Assembly (NCBI GenBank): GCA_013289475.1
Contig: JABCZW010000007.1
Coordinates: forward strand, 3,131-67,130
Origin: Bacteroidota bacterium
GTDB lineage: Bacteria; Bacteroidota; Bacteroidia; JABEUT01
Length of the DNA: 64,000 bases
Direction: 5' to 3'
Positions 9,475 to 19,110 of this stretch are shown piece by piece. A program made the position numbers and the translations under genes. A model generated the notes under the pieces. That model did no database searches. It was not told the DNA's origin and saw only the letters and a list, made by a program, of their open reading frames with translations. Numbering within the stretch: position 1 is the stretch's first letter; the number at the start of each line of letters is the position of its first letter.

Positions 9475-10679
9475 CCAATAACTTCATCTACCGATTTCAC
9501 AACTGCATCAATAACCGTTTTCACTTGCCCATCAGTAAGGTCGTAAAAAACAGGCAAAGATATTTCTCTTGAAAAATTATCGTAAGCGACCGGATAATCA
9601 TTGATATTATACCCCATGCCTTTATAAAAGCTATGCATAGGCAATGGAATAAAATGCACATTTACTGACACATCTTTATTAAATATATTTTGAATGATCT
9701 CATCTCTTTTTTGTTCGCTAATACCCTTAATCCTCAATGGAAACAAATGATACGATGATTCCCTATTTACATCTTTAAAAACCGGTATTTCTGCCCATTT
9801 ATATTCGGAGAAAACTTTTTGATATGATTCTATAATTGCTTTTCTGCGTTTTAATGTATCATCTTCATACCTATCCAACTCAATCATTCCTATAACAGCC
9901 ATTATGTCGGTCATGTTGCATTTATAGCCGGGCTCAATAATATCATATCTCCAATTTCCTTTTTGAGTTTTAGCAAGTGCGTCTTTGTTCTGTCCATGCA
10001 AGGAACTGATACAAAGACTTTTGTATATCTCATTATTATCGAACGGGGCAGGCAAATTAAATGTCATAGCACCACCTTCTGCTGTAGTAAGATTCTTCAC
10101 TGCATGGAATGAAAATACCGATATATCTGCCCATACCCCAGTTCTTTTACCATAGTATTTTGCACCAAAAGAATGTGCCGCATCAGATAATATAAGCATG
10201 CGCCCCAGCTTTTTCTGATTCTCTCCTTTAGCTACAAATTTATCCTTCTTGGCTTCTACCAGTTTCATTATTGCTTTATAGTCGCATGGTAAGCCACCAA
10301 AATCAACAGGCATAATTACTTTAGTCTTGCTTGTGATTTTTTTCTCAATCTCGGCAATAGAAATATTAAAATCATCCTTATTGATATCGGCTAAGACCGT
10401 AGTGGCGCCACAATGCATTACTACATTGGCGGTTGCAGCATAAGTATATGCAGGCAAAATAACTTCATCACCTTGTCCCACTCCATACCATCGCAATGCA
10501 AGCTCTAATCCTGCGGTAGCAGAATTAAGACACAATACAGAATGTGCATCACAATACTCCGCAATCTTCTTTTCAAAAAGTTTTGTTTTTGGGCCGGTGG
10601 TTATCCATCCTGAACGTAATACTTCAGCAACAGCCTGCACTATTTTATCATCTATTCGCGGAGGTGAAAAGCTAATCAT
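9471..10679 (-). CDS. DegT/DnrJ/EryC1/StrS-family sugar aminotransferase (PLP-dependent)
   Basis: 402 aa. LNSATAGLELAL, DAAHSFGA and the PLP-lysine context SFHAVKNLTTAEGG. Overlaps the sugar transferase start by 4 nt. Confidence 0.85.
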   Translation of the reverse strand: MISFSPPRIDDKIVQAVAEVLRSGWITTGPKTKLFEKKIAEYCDAHSVLCLNSATAGLELALRWYGVGQGDEVILPAYTYAATANVVMHCGATTVLADINKDDFNISIAEIEKKITSKTKVIMPVDFGGLPCDYKAIMKLVEAKKDKFVAKGENQKKLGRMLILSDAAHSFGAKYYGKRTGVWADISVFSFHAVKNLTTAEGGAMTFNLPAPFDNNEIYKSLCISSLHGQNKDALAKTQKGNWRYDIIEPGYKCNMTDIMAVIGMIELDRYEDDTLKRRKAIIESYQKVFSEYKWAEIPVFKDVNRESSYHLFPLRIKGISEQKRDEIIQNIFNKDVSVNVHFIPLPMHSFYKGMGYNINDYPVAYDNFSREISLPVFYDLTDGQVKTVIDAVVKSVDEVIG

Positions 10680-10689
10680 ATGTAAAAAA

Positions 10690-11895
10690 CTAGATTACGA
10701 AATTAAACATTAGCAATGAATTGAAGAGTCCATAGAATATTGTCCCGCTTTGCGTCTCCAGCATAGCTTCAACCAAAAAATTAGCAGCAACTATAACCAG
10801 AAAAGCACCATATATAAACCTTCTTTCCTTTACGCATTTAATAAATGGAAACAAGAAGCAAGCCAGAAGAGCTAACAAGCCTATCACACCAAGCACTACT
10901 GTTGTTTGCAAGTATTGATCATGGGTATTAAGGTTTTCCTTTGCGGCTCCCGTATAACCATCTTTTAAATATTGTGTTACCATGGCAGAAGCTTCATTAC
11001 CGGTACCTACCCCTATTACCGGATGAGCTTTTATTACTGCAAGTGCCGAATGCCATACATAATATCTAACTTGCGTAGATTCGACCGAGCCTGCACTGGT
11101 TTGATTATTTGCAATTATATGAGCTGCACTTACCACTCTTGAGCGTTCGCCTATAAAAAGATGAAAAGAAAGAAAGTATAGAACAGCCATACTAACAGCA
11201 ATAATTCCCGGTGCCTTGTAACCATGCTTTAAACCATATTTCGCCAGCAGTACAACAAGCAATCCAGCTGAAATAAACATTCCCATTTTCGATTGGAGCA
11301 AGACAAGGATTAATTCAAGGAAGAAGACAGAAAACAAAAGCATATTTTTTTCAATCTTGCTCAGTACTGCTTTTTCGTTTGCAAACAGATAATAAATGAA
11401 TAAAAACACCATATCTATATACATAGAATAATAGCTGGGATGAAGGAATATCGAAAACTTCATATACTGGAACTCATATATATCCTGGGATACAAATTTC
11501 CATGTGGCATATCCCAAATAAATCAAACCTGTAATTACGCAACCAAAAATGAATGAATATATAAACATCTTCTGCTTTTTAATATCCATCTCTCCTTCAG
11601 AAACCAAAAGCAAGGGAAATATTATAATACTCAACTTAACCTGCAGATTAAATAACCCATCATCATAGTCTGAGCTATACAACAATCCGATAACATAAAG
11701 CAAATAAAGTATGACAAAGAGCAATACAACCTTGTTCTTAATGACAGCATTGCTTTTCCGTTTTAAATCCCCTTCAATAAGCCAAAACAATGCATATCCA
11801 ATAATAGGATATGCAGCATAATACTGGAATATGCACATTACAAATGGCACAAGGCATAAAAACCAGTATTTTATTTTACTTACTTGTGCCATCAT
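10690..11895 (-). CDS. O-antigen ligase/polymerase-like (Wzy-type) polytopic membrane protein
   Basis: 401 aa with about 10-12 TM helices and a larger loop containing HSALAVIKAHPVIGVGTGN. It is by eye the most AT-rich gene in the locus and is embedded between glycosyltransferases. Confidence 0.6.
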   Translation of the reverse strand: MMAQVSKIKYWFLCLVPFVMCIFQYYAAYPIIGYALFWLIEGDLKRKSNAVIKNKVVLLFVILYLLYVIGLLYSSDYDDGLFNLQVKLSIIIFPLLLVSEGEMDIKKQKMFIYSFIFGCVITGLIYLGYATWKFVSQDIYEFQYMKFSIFLHPSYYSMYIDMVFLFIYYLFANEKAVLSKIEKNMLLFSVFFLELILVLLQSKMGMFISAGLLVVLLAKYGLKHGYKAPGIIAVSMAVLYFLSFHLFIGERSRVVSAAHIIANNQTSAGSVESTQVRYYVWHSALAVIKAHPVIGVGTGNEASAMVTQYLKDGYTGAAKENLNTHDQYLQTTVVLGVIGLLALLACFLFPFIKCVKERRFIYGAFLVIVAANFLVEAMLETQSGTIFYGLFNSLLMFNFVI

Positions 11896-13111
11896 TTATC
11901 TTTGAAAGGAGCTCATAAAAATTTTCCGCTATAGTATTGCGGTTAAATCTAACATTTACATACTTATGTCCATTTTCGCCTAATACCGCTATCTCTGCCC
12001 TATTATTATACAAATGCATGGCTTTTGCGGCAAGATCATCTCCATCATCGGGAATAAATGCAAGCCCTGCCTTCCCTTCATCAATAAACAACTCTTTTGC
12101 CTCGCCCTCTACTCCAAGTAATATTGGCTTTTTCATTGCTGCCGATTCAAATATTTTTGATGGTATAGCACCCTTAAATAAATCAATACGCCTTAAAGGT
12201 ACAAGCGAAACATCAACCGATTTCCATACACCGGGCATAATTAATTTAGGTAATGGCTCAAAGAAATAAACATTATCCATTTTCATTTGTTCCTTCATCG
12301 AAATTAACTTTTCCTTCTCAGGCCCGCTACCCAACAATATCCATTTAACAGGGTATCCCTTAGTCCTTTCTGCTGCTTTCAGTATTATCTCCAAACCCTG
12401 CGCGTGCCCGATAATTCCTGCATATAATATCAAAAAATCATCTGATCCGAAACCATTCTCTGCCCTCCATTTACCTGCTATCTTTTGCTCATCATAAAAA
12501 CTCACATCAACTCCATTAGGTAACCAATGAAGTGCTTTAGAAGGAAACCTGTCCTTTATATTTTTCACAATGCCTTGTGTTTGCCCTGTTACAAGGGTGG
12601 CTTTCTTATACAAATGCTCTTCCAATTTTCTTGTAACAGAAAGCAGGAGCTTGTTTTCAATTAATCCGAGTTTCTCTGCCGTTTCTGGCCAAAGGTCTGA
12701 CACATTAAAAATAAGCTTGGCACGTTTGAATCTTTTCAATACAAGTGCAGACATACCTAAAAACAATGGAGGTGATTCGCAGATTAGGTAATCTGCTTTA
12801 CTAAGCTTAAATACACCTATCCACATTGAAGAAAATACAAATGAGAAATAACTCATCAGGCGTGAAAACATCCCCTTGCTTTTACTCACCCTTATCCATG
12901 AACGATGAACGGTCATTCCGTCCATATTTTCCTTTAAATACCATTTGCCCTTATATCCTTCATGTATTTCCATTTTAGGATAATTGGGCATAGCTGTAAG
13001 AATTTCTATATCTACTCCCTTCTGTTTTAAACGAACTGCAATTTCATATAGGCGGTTCTGTGGCGCGCCTACTTCGGGTGGAAAATATTGAGTGAGTATG
13101 ATCAACCTCAT
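11876..13111 (-). CDS. Glycosyltransferase family 4 (WcaI/WbuB-like)
   Basis: 411 aa. N-terminus MRLIILTQYFPPEVGAPQNRLYEIA. GT-B C-terminal half with the E-x7-E region (IFESAAMKKPIL). Confidence 0.8.
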   Translation of the reverse strand: MRLIILTQYFPPEVGAPQNRLYEIAVRLKQKGVDIEILTAMPNYPKMEIHEGYKGKWYLKENMDGMTVHRSWIRVSKSKGMFSRLMSYFSFVFSSMWIGVFKLSKADYLICESPPLFLGMSALVLKRFKRAKLIFNVSDLWPETAEKLGLIENKLLLSVTRKLEEHLYKKATLVTGQTQGIVKNIKDRFPSKALHWLPNGVDVSFYDEQKIAGKWRAENGFGSDDFLILYAGIIGHAQGLEIILKAAERTKGYPVKWILLGSGPEKEKLISMKEQMKMDNVYFFEPLPKLIMPGVWKSVDVSLVPLRRIDLFKGAIPSKIFESAAMKKPILLGVEGEAKELFIDEGKAGLAFIPDDGDDLAAKAMHLYNNRAEIAVLGENGHKYVNVRFNRNTIAENFYELLSKINDGTSK

Positions 13112-13114
13112 TCT

Positions 13115-14227
13115 TTACTTGTTCAATATAGAATTATATATCTGGATAATATCGTTAATATTAGATGACCAGTTGTAACGCTCCGCCACCCTTTCCCTTC
13201 CCTTCTCGCCCATTTGCCTGGCAAGTTCCTTATCTAAAATAATTTTTTCAATTGCATTTGCTGCAACTTTAGGGTTGGCTCTTGGAACAATTATCCCTGT
13301 AGTTCCATTCTCTACAATTTCAGCGAAACCACTTACATTAGAAACTACGACAGGTTTTTCACAAGCAGCTGCTTCTATAGCTGCAACTCCAAAACTCTCA
13401 CTGTCAGAATCTGAAAGAGCGACATATACATCCAGCATATTATTATACATGGGCACCTCCTCTATAGCGGCACGTCCCATAAACTTCACTTTATCCTGAA
13501 TTCCTTTAGTAGTGGACATCTTCTTTAACTTGGCTTCCTGTGAACCACCACCAACAATAAGTAGTTTTAATGGCAAATCAACATGTTTTTTGCATAATAT
13601 GTCAAAAGCTTCAATAAGGAACTCAACGCCATACTTTGTTTCAAGTGACTTTATTGTCCCAACAACTATATCACCTTCATTAAACAACGATTTTACTTTT
13701 TGAGGCTTGAATACATCCATATCTACCCCAAATGGAGTAATGTCAATTTTAGTGCTTGTATATTTTGCTATTTCTTCAGCCATTGAATAGCTTGTAGATA
13801 AAATTGCGTCAGCTTTTTTCAGGTTCCTTTTAAGCAAAAAACGGTGCAAAAATGATTTCCTTGGAAAATCATATACATCACTACCCCAAACAGAAAGCAC
13901 AAAAGGATGAAACCCTGAAAACGATCCGAGCAAACCGTAACTTGTTGCGTAATGTGCATGAACAATATCAGGCTGAAAGGAAGTGATAATCTTTCTAAGC
14001 GCAGGAATAGCTTTTAAATAACTGATTTTCCGAACCTCTTTTTTTGCTGACACATCAGAGCCAAGTCCATCAGAAAGGTATTCTATATTACTATTGCCTT
14101 TAAACCAGGTAGAGGTGCTTTTATTAAGGCTGAAGATACCTACCTCAAACCCTTTAGCTGCGAGTGAGAGCGCCCATTTTGCGGTATGGGGCGAATTTAT
14201 GTCAGCTAAGAATAATATTTTGGTCAT
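13115..14227 (-). CDS. Glycosyltransferase family 4
   Basis: 370 aa. ILFLADINSPHTAKWALSLAAKGFEV. C-terminal ESFGVAAIEAAACEKPVVVSNVSGFAEIVENGTTG is the GT4 EX7E signature. Confidence 0.8.
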   Translation of the reverse strand: MTKILFLADINSPHTAKWALSLAAKGFEVGIFSLNKSTSTWFKGNSNIEYLSDGLGSDVSAKKEVRKISYLKAIPALRKIITSFQPDIVHAHYATSYGLLGSFSGFHPFVLSVWGSDVYDFPRKSFLHRFLLKRNLKKADAILSTSYSMAEEIAKYTSTKIDITPFGVDMDVFKPQKVKSLFNEGDIVVGTIKSLETKYGVEFLIEAFDILCKKHVDLPLKLLIVGGGSQEAKLKKMSTTKGIQDKVKFMGRAAIEEVPMYNNMLDVYVALSDSDSESFGVAAIEAAACEKPVVVSNVSGFAEIVENGTTGIIVPRANPKVAANAIEKIILDKELARQMGEKGRERVAERYNWSSNINDIIQIYNSILNK

Positions 14228-14302
14228 AAATTACACTCGGAAGTATTCCTTTGTAAATATAACCGCATTTTGAAATACAATTCCCAAATATCTCGGTAAT
14301 AT

Positions 14303-15859
14303 TTATTTAGCTACGCTAACAGCCCTTGTCTCGCGGATTACAGTAACCTTAACCTGTCCAGGATAAGTCATTTCGTTTTGTATTTTTTGAGCTATTTCAA
14401 ACGAAAGTACTTCTGCTTCTTTATCTGTAATTTTTTCGCTGCCAACAATTACCCTTAATTCCCTTCCGGCTTGTATGGCATAAGTCTTCTCAACACCTTT
14501 ATAGGTTAATGCAAGTGCTTCCAGATCTCTTAAACGCTTAATATACTGTTCGGCCATTTCGCGCCTTGCACCCGGGCGTGCACCAGAGATAGCATCGCAC
14601 ACTTGTATAATAGGTGAATATAAACTTGTCATTTCCACTTCATCGTGGTGGGCACCAATAGCGTTACATATCTCAGGCTTTTCCTTGTATTTTTCCGCAA
14701 GTTTCATTCCTAATATTGCGTGTGGTAACTCAGGCTCTTCATCCGGTACCTTTCCAATATCGTGCAATAGCCCCGCGCGTTTCGCAACCTTAGGGTTCAA
14801 TCCTAATTCAGCCGCCATAGTAGCAGCAAGGTTGGCAACTTCTTTCGAGTGTTGTAATAGATTTTGTCCGTATGATGACCTGTATCTCATTTTACCAATG
14901 AGCCTGATAAGATCAGGATGTAGATTATTTAATCCTAAATCAATAACAGTACGCTTACCTACTTCGGCAACTTCATCTTCTAATTGCTTACGGCATTTCT
15001 GAACCACCTCTTCAATACGTGCAGGGTGAATACGTCCATCGGTTACCAGTTGATGTAAAGCCATACGTGCAATTTCCCTCCTGAGCGGATCAAAACATGA
15101 AATAATAATTGCTTCAGGGGTATCATCCACTATTACTTCAACACCAGTTGCAGCTTCAAGTGCACGTATATTACGTCCTTCACGGCCAATGATACGGCCC
15201 TTCATTTCGTCATTTTCAATATTAAATACAGCTACGGCATTTTCAACAGCTTGCTCAACACCCATACGTTGTATAGACTGAATGATGATCTTCTTGGCTT
15301 CCATGTTAGCGGTAAGCTTAGCTTCATCAACTATTTCTTTTATAAGTACAGTAGCCTGGGATTTAGCATCTGACTTCAAGGATTCAATAAGCTGTGTTTT
15401 TGCATCTTCGGCAGAAATCTGGGACATAACTTCTAACTGTTGTATCTGCCTTTGATGCATCTTAGCTAATTCTTCGCTTTTAATACCGGCAACTTTAATC
15501 TGTTCGTTAAGGTTATTTTTCAAGGTGTCTATTTCCCTCTCCTTACGCTGAACCTGTTCTAGTTTTTGCGATGCAGCCTGTTCTTTTTGTTTTATCCGAG
15601 TTTCAGAAAGGTTCATATTCTTGTTTTTCTCGTTAGTTTGCTGCTCATGTTCAGCTTTAAGCTGCAAAAAACGTTCTTTTGCTTCCAACATCTTCTTATC
15701 TCTAAGTGTATTCGCCTGCCTTTCAGCATCTTTCAATATTTCCTGACCTTTTTTCTGAATATTCTTACGAATAATGGTGGCTGTAATTAGTATGCCAAGC
15801 CCCAGGCCAACAATTGCGGCGGCGGCGATTACAATGATAGTTACTATATCTAGGTTCAT
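14303..15859 (-). CDS. rny: Ribonuclease Y
   Basis: 518 aa. N-terminal TM helix, a long coiled coil, a KH domain ([13 protein letters not shown]) and an HD domain ([10 protein letters not shown]). Confidence 0.93.
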   Translation of the reverse strand: MNLDIVTIIVIAAAAIVGLGLGILITATIIRKNIQKKGQEILKDAERQANTLRDKKMLEAKERFLQLKAEHEQQTNEKNKNMNLSETRIKQKEQAASQKLEQVQRKEREIDTLKNNLNEQIKVAGIKSEELAKMHQRQIQQLEVMSQISAEDAKTQLIESLKSDAKSQATVLIKEIVDEAKLTANMEAKKIIIQSIQRMGVEQAVENAVAVFNIENDEMKGRIIGREGRNIRALEAATGVEVIVDDTPEAIIISCFDPLRREIARMALHQLVTDGRIHPARIEEVVQKCRKQLEDEVAEVGKRTVIDLGLNNLHPDLIRLIGKMRYRSSYGQNLLQHSKEVANLAATMAAELGLNPKVAKRAGLLHDIGKVPDEEPELPHAILGMKLAEKYKEKPEICNAIGAHHDEVEMTSLYSPIIQVCDAISGARPGARREMAEQYIKRLRDLEALALTYKGVEKTYAIQAGRELRVIVGSEKITDKEAEVLSFEIAQKIQNEMTYPGQVKVTVIRETRAVSVAK

Positions 15860-15899
15860 AAGATGTTTATTTAATGAACCCTTAAAAGAAGAAGCCTTA

Positions 15900-16181
15900 T
15901 TACTTAACTAAATGCAACACGTTTTCTATAGCCTTAACCTTTTGTTCAAGGTTTTCGTTAAACTGTACTGCATTTCCTTGTTCAATATGCTGAAAAGCAA
16001 GCTGTAACGCACACATGGCCAATAGGTCGCGCGGGTCTTTTATAGCATAGGAGGAAGAATACGTTTTCACCTGTTCATTGATAAGGGCAACTGCCTTTAA
16101 CATGGCTGCCTCTGTATCTGGTGTTACGTTTACCGGGTATTCCCTGCCTGAGATATTTACTTTTATTGTATTGGTTTTCAC
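15900..16181 (-). CDS. zapA: Cell division protein ZapA
   Basis: 93 aa. [12 protein letters not shown] followed by a helical tail. Lies upstream of rny, as in many Bacteroidota. Confidence 0.7.
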   Translation of the reverse strand: MKTNTIKVNISGREYPVNVTPDTEAAMLKAVALINEQVKTYSSSYAIKDPRDLLAMCALQLAFQHIEQGNAVQFNENLEQKVKAIENVLHLVK

Positions 16182-16200
16182 TGTATCTCTGCTAGTTTGC

Positions 16201-16488
16201 TTAATTTTTCAGCAATGTAATACATCGCTCTACTTCACTTAAGAGTTCGTCTATTTTATTATTTATTCCCTGATTATGTTGTGTGTTATGTTTTTGTTTC
16301 TCCAGCTGGGCCGATTCCCCGGCTTCCCTGGCTTTTTTTAATTGCTCATCCAAGACCTTCATTTTATTTACAAGCTCTTGATTATCAGTCTTAAGCTTCT
16401 TTATTATATCTTGCAACTCGCCTTGCAAAGATAAAATTTTTTCGACTTCTTTATAAATAATCTCAAGCCTTTTGTCCAAGTCCTTCAT
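16201..16488 (-). CDS. Small coiled-coil protein (first gene of the zapA-rny unit)
   Basis: 95 aa, entirely heptad-like (LQGELQDIIKKLKTDNQELVNKMKVLDEQLKKAREA). A -7 box lies 35 nt upstream. Confidence 0.5.
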   Translation of the reverse strand: MKDLDKRLEIIYKEVEKILSLQGELQDIIKKLKTDNQELVNKMKVLDEQLKKAREAGESAQLEKQKHNTQHNQGINNKIDELLSEVERCITLLKN

Positions 16489-16522
16489 GGGCAGGTTTTC
16501 GAAAAAAAAGTTAATTTTCAGT

Positions 16523-16530
16523 CAAATATA
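16523..16530 (-). promoter_or_regulatory. -7 promoter element (TAtaTTTG) for the coiled-coil/zapA/rny unit
   Basis: Plus strand reads CAAATATA. On the minus strand this is TATATTTG, 35 nt upstream of the ATG at 16488. Confidence 0.35.
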
Positions 16531-16565
16531 AGTTAATAGTGGTATTACAGCCGCTTTTTTACCAT

Positions 16566-16573
16566 TATTTTTG
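16566..16573 (+). promoter_or_regulatory. -7 promoter element (TAttTTTG) for the CHAT-like/TMTC-like unit
   Basis: TATTTTTG lies 20 nt upstream of the ATG at 16593 and inside the GTG-initiated extension in the ORF track. This argues for the 16593 start. Confidence 0.4.
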
Positions 16574-16592
16574 CCTGACTTATAAAAGGACT

Positions 16593-17162
16593 ATGGGATT
16601 AGCGCAGAGTTACAAAAAGAATGTGTTTTGTTTAGAAGGAGATTGGCAGAAAGATATGCGCGACCATTCAAGCATAGCAGCAGCCCTTACATTTTTACAA
16701 CAAAATTTGAGTATAAACTACATATATAAACAATGTGGCACCCGGGAGAACCTGGAATATTACTTATCACTCTGGAAATTAAAAAAATACTCTAATTATT
16801 CTATAGCGTATTTTGCTTTTCATGGAAAGCCTGAAAGTATTCAGGTTGGTAAGGAATTTGTTACCCTCGATGAGCTTGGAGATATGTTACACGATAGCTG
16901 TCACGATAAAATACTGCACTTTGGAAGTTGCCAGACTCTTAACACTGATGAAAAGACCATTAAGAGATTTTTAGAGGCTACCGGTGCGTTATGTGTTTGT
17001 GGTTTCGAATCAGAGATTAATTTTGTTGAAAGTTCAGCCTTCGATATGATATTGATAGAAATGTTTCAACAATATAAAGACATACGTATGCTGGACAAGA
17101 ATATACGTAAAAACTACAGAAGCTTTATAAAAAGGCTTCAATTTAAATTGATTTATCTTTAA
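16593..17162 (+). CDS. Small stand-alone CHAT/caspase-like protein (putative His-Cys dyad)
   Basis: 189 aa from the ATG at 16593. It has strand-HG (SIAYFAFHGKPESIQVGKEFVTLDEL), then strand-SCQT (KILHFGSCQTLN), then GALCVCGFESEINFVESSAFDMILIEMF. No signal peptide. Its TAA shares one base with the next ATG (TAATG). Confidence 0.5.
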   Translation: MGLAQSYKKNVFCLEGDWQKDMRDHSSIAAALTFLQQNLSINYIYKQCGTRENLEYYLSLWKLKKYSNYSIAYFAFHGKPESIQVGKEFVTLDELGDMLHDSCHDKILHFGSCQTLNTDEKTIKRFLEATGALCVCGFESEINFVESSAFDMILIEMFQQYKDIRMLDKNIRKNYRSFIKRLQFKLIYL

Positions 17163-19105
17163 TGGAAATAGAAACAGAGAAGCCGGTATTTAATTTCTCC
17201 TTCCAGGTAAAGTGCATCATATTATTGGCCTTAGGTCTGATATTCTATGCCGACTCAATTAATAATGAGTATGCCCTCGACGATGGTATTGTTATTACCC
17301 AAAATGAATTTGTACAACAAGGCTTTGGCGGAATAGGAGGCATAATGACGCATGACGCTTATTATAGCTATTACCACCAGATGAATGCTAACCAAATGCT
17401 AGCCGGTGGTAGATACAGGCCTTTATCCATTGTGGTTTTCGCAATGGAACATTCACTTTTTGGAGAGGATGTTGACCATCAGAAACCTGAAGACATGAAG
17501 CGCATTGCATCATTACGTCATCTGGTAAGTATATTGGCATATATGGCTTGTATTTTTGTCGTTTTCTTTTTTCTGCATAAATACCTGTTAAGCAATGTTC
17601 AAAAGGGGGAAGATATTGCCTTCCTGGCAGCTTTGTTATTTGCCATTCATCCTATGCACACCGAAGTGGTATCGAACGTTAAGAGCCTTGACGAAATGAT
17701 GTCACTTATTCTTATACTACTCACCTTCATTTTTGCCCTTAGGTACGCCGAAGCAGAGAAAAACGAAAAGAAGGGTAGCGACCTTTACCTGGCTTCCTTG
17801 TTCTTTTTACTTGCCCTATTAGCTAAGGAATATGCACTCATGCTTATTTTCTTACTGCCACTACTATTTTATACGGTTGCAAAAAAAGACTTTATGCAGG
17901 CCATTTCCGGCACATTGCCATATATAGGAGTATTTATTCTTTACCTCGCAATTCGCATTAAATCGGTTGGTGTGCCGCACAATGTGCCCAGCGATGAAAT
18001 ATTGAACAACCCTTATATGCTTGCTAAAGGAACACAAAAACTTGGCTCAGAGATATATGTATTGGGCAAATATCTTTTCATGCTTTTCTTCCCCTACCCG
18101 CTTTCTGCCGATTATTCTTACAATCAATTGCCCTACCGCAGCCTTGCTAATCCATTGGTTTGGTTATGTATAATAATTTATGGGGGTATTGTTTATTGGG
18201 CATTTAAGCTATTATCAAAACAAAAAATATTGGCCTTCCCTATTTTCTTTTACCTGGCTAACCTTTTTATGGTTTCTAACTTATTAATAGATATTGGCGC
18301 AACTATGGGCGAGCGTCTTTCATTTCATTCATCAGTAGGCTTTGTTGTGCTTTTATCTTACGGAGTCTTCAGAAGTCCTTCATTTAAAGGGAAAAACATA
18401 TTAATTATAGGAGCCACTGCTGCCGTTGTAATTCTCTGTGGTGTTGAATGTATCATTAGGAATCCACAATGGAAGAACGATGTTACTTTATTTACTCATG
18501 ATGTAAATACGGTACCCAACAGTATTATGGCAAACGGTAATGCCGGCGCCCGCTATGTAGATATGTATGAACAAATAAAAGACACGGGCAAAAAAGGCAA
18601 TGAGTTAAGGACCCAATACCTGAATAAATCTATTCAGTATTTAAGCAAATCGATTGCCATGCACCCTAAGTATACTAATAGCTTCCTTAATCTGGGTATT
18701 GTTTATTACAAGATGCACATACCTGATTCAGCAAAAAAATATTGGGATATAGCAAAGCAGCTTTACCCTGACCATCCTAGCTTAAAGAAGTATTATCCAC
18801 TTCTTGGCCAATCGTATATGGATGAGGCAGAAATGCTACACCAGCAAGGCAAAATACCCCTGGCTCTCGCTGCTTTGAAAAATGGCCTGAAGGCTGACAA
18901 CACCAACCCTGATTTGTGGTATAATTTAGGCGGAGCATACTTTACTTTAAACCAATGGGATTCTGCACGCTATGCATGGAATGCCACAAATGCCTTATTA
19001 CAATCAAAAAAAGATACTGCACTAACAAGACGATTAGGGCCAATAACAATGAAGGGACTCTCGAACTTGCCGGCACCAACTACTACGGTTAATGGAATCA
19101 AGTAG
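17162..19105 (+). CDS. TMTC/DUF1736-type GT-C membrane glycosyltransferase homolog with C-terminal TPRs (paralog A)
   Basis: 647 aa. First-loop YALDDGIVIT, GGRYRPLS and FAIHPMHTEVVSNVKSLDE. About 10 TM helices. C-terminal TPRs (FLNLGIVYYKMHIPDSAKKYWDIAKQLYPDHP...WYNLGGAYFTLNQWDSARYAW). Confidence 0.7.
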   Translation: MEIETEKPVFNFSFQVKCIILLALGLIFYADSINNEYALDDGIVITQNEFVQQGFGGIGGIMTHDAYYSYYHQMNANQMLAGGRYRPLSIVVFAMEHSLFGEDVDHQKPEDMKRIASLRHLVSILAYMACIFVVFFFLHKYLLSNVQKGEDIAFLAALLFAIHPMHTEVVSNVKSLDEMMSLILILLTFIFALRYAEAEKNEKKGSDLYLASLFFLLALLAKEYALMLIFLLPLLFYTVAKKDFMQAISGTLPYIGVFILYLAIRIKSVGVPHNVPSDEILNNPYMLAKGTQKLGSEIYVLGKYLFMLFFPYPLSADYSYNQLPYRSLANPLVWLCIIIYGGIVYWAFKLLSKQKILAFPIFFYLANLFMVSNLLIDIGATMGERLSFHSSVGFVVLLSYGVFRSPSFKGKNILIIGATAAVVILCGVECIIRNPQWKNDVTLFTHDVNTVPNSIMANGNAGARYVDMYEQIKDTGKKGNELRTQYLNKSIQYLSKSIAMHPKYTNSFLNLGIVYYKMHIPDSAKKYWDIAKQLYPDHPSLKKYYPLLGQSYMDEAEMLHQQGKIPLALAALKNGLKADNTNPDLWYNLGGAYFTLNQWDSARYAWNATNALLQSKKDTALTRRLGPITMKGLSNLPAPTTTVNGIK

Positions 19106-19110
19106 CATAA

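Noticed and set aside
15860-15899. Possible 6S RNA (ssrS) downstream of zapA, as in E. coli
   Set aside because: Only 40 nt separate zapA from rny, which is far too short for a roughly 180-nt 6S RNA.
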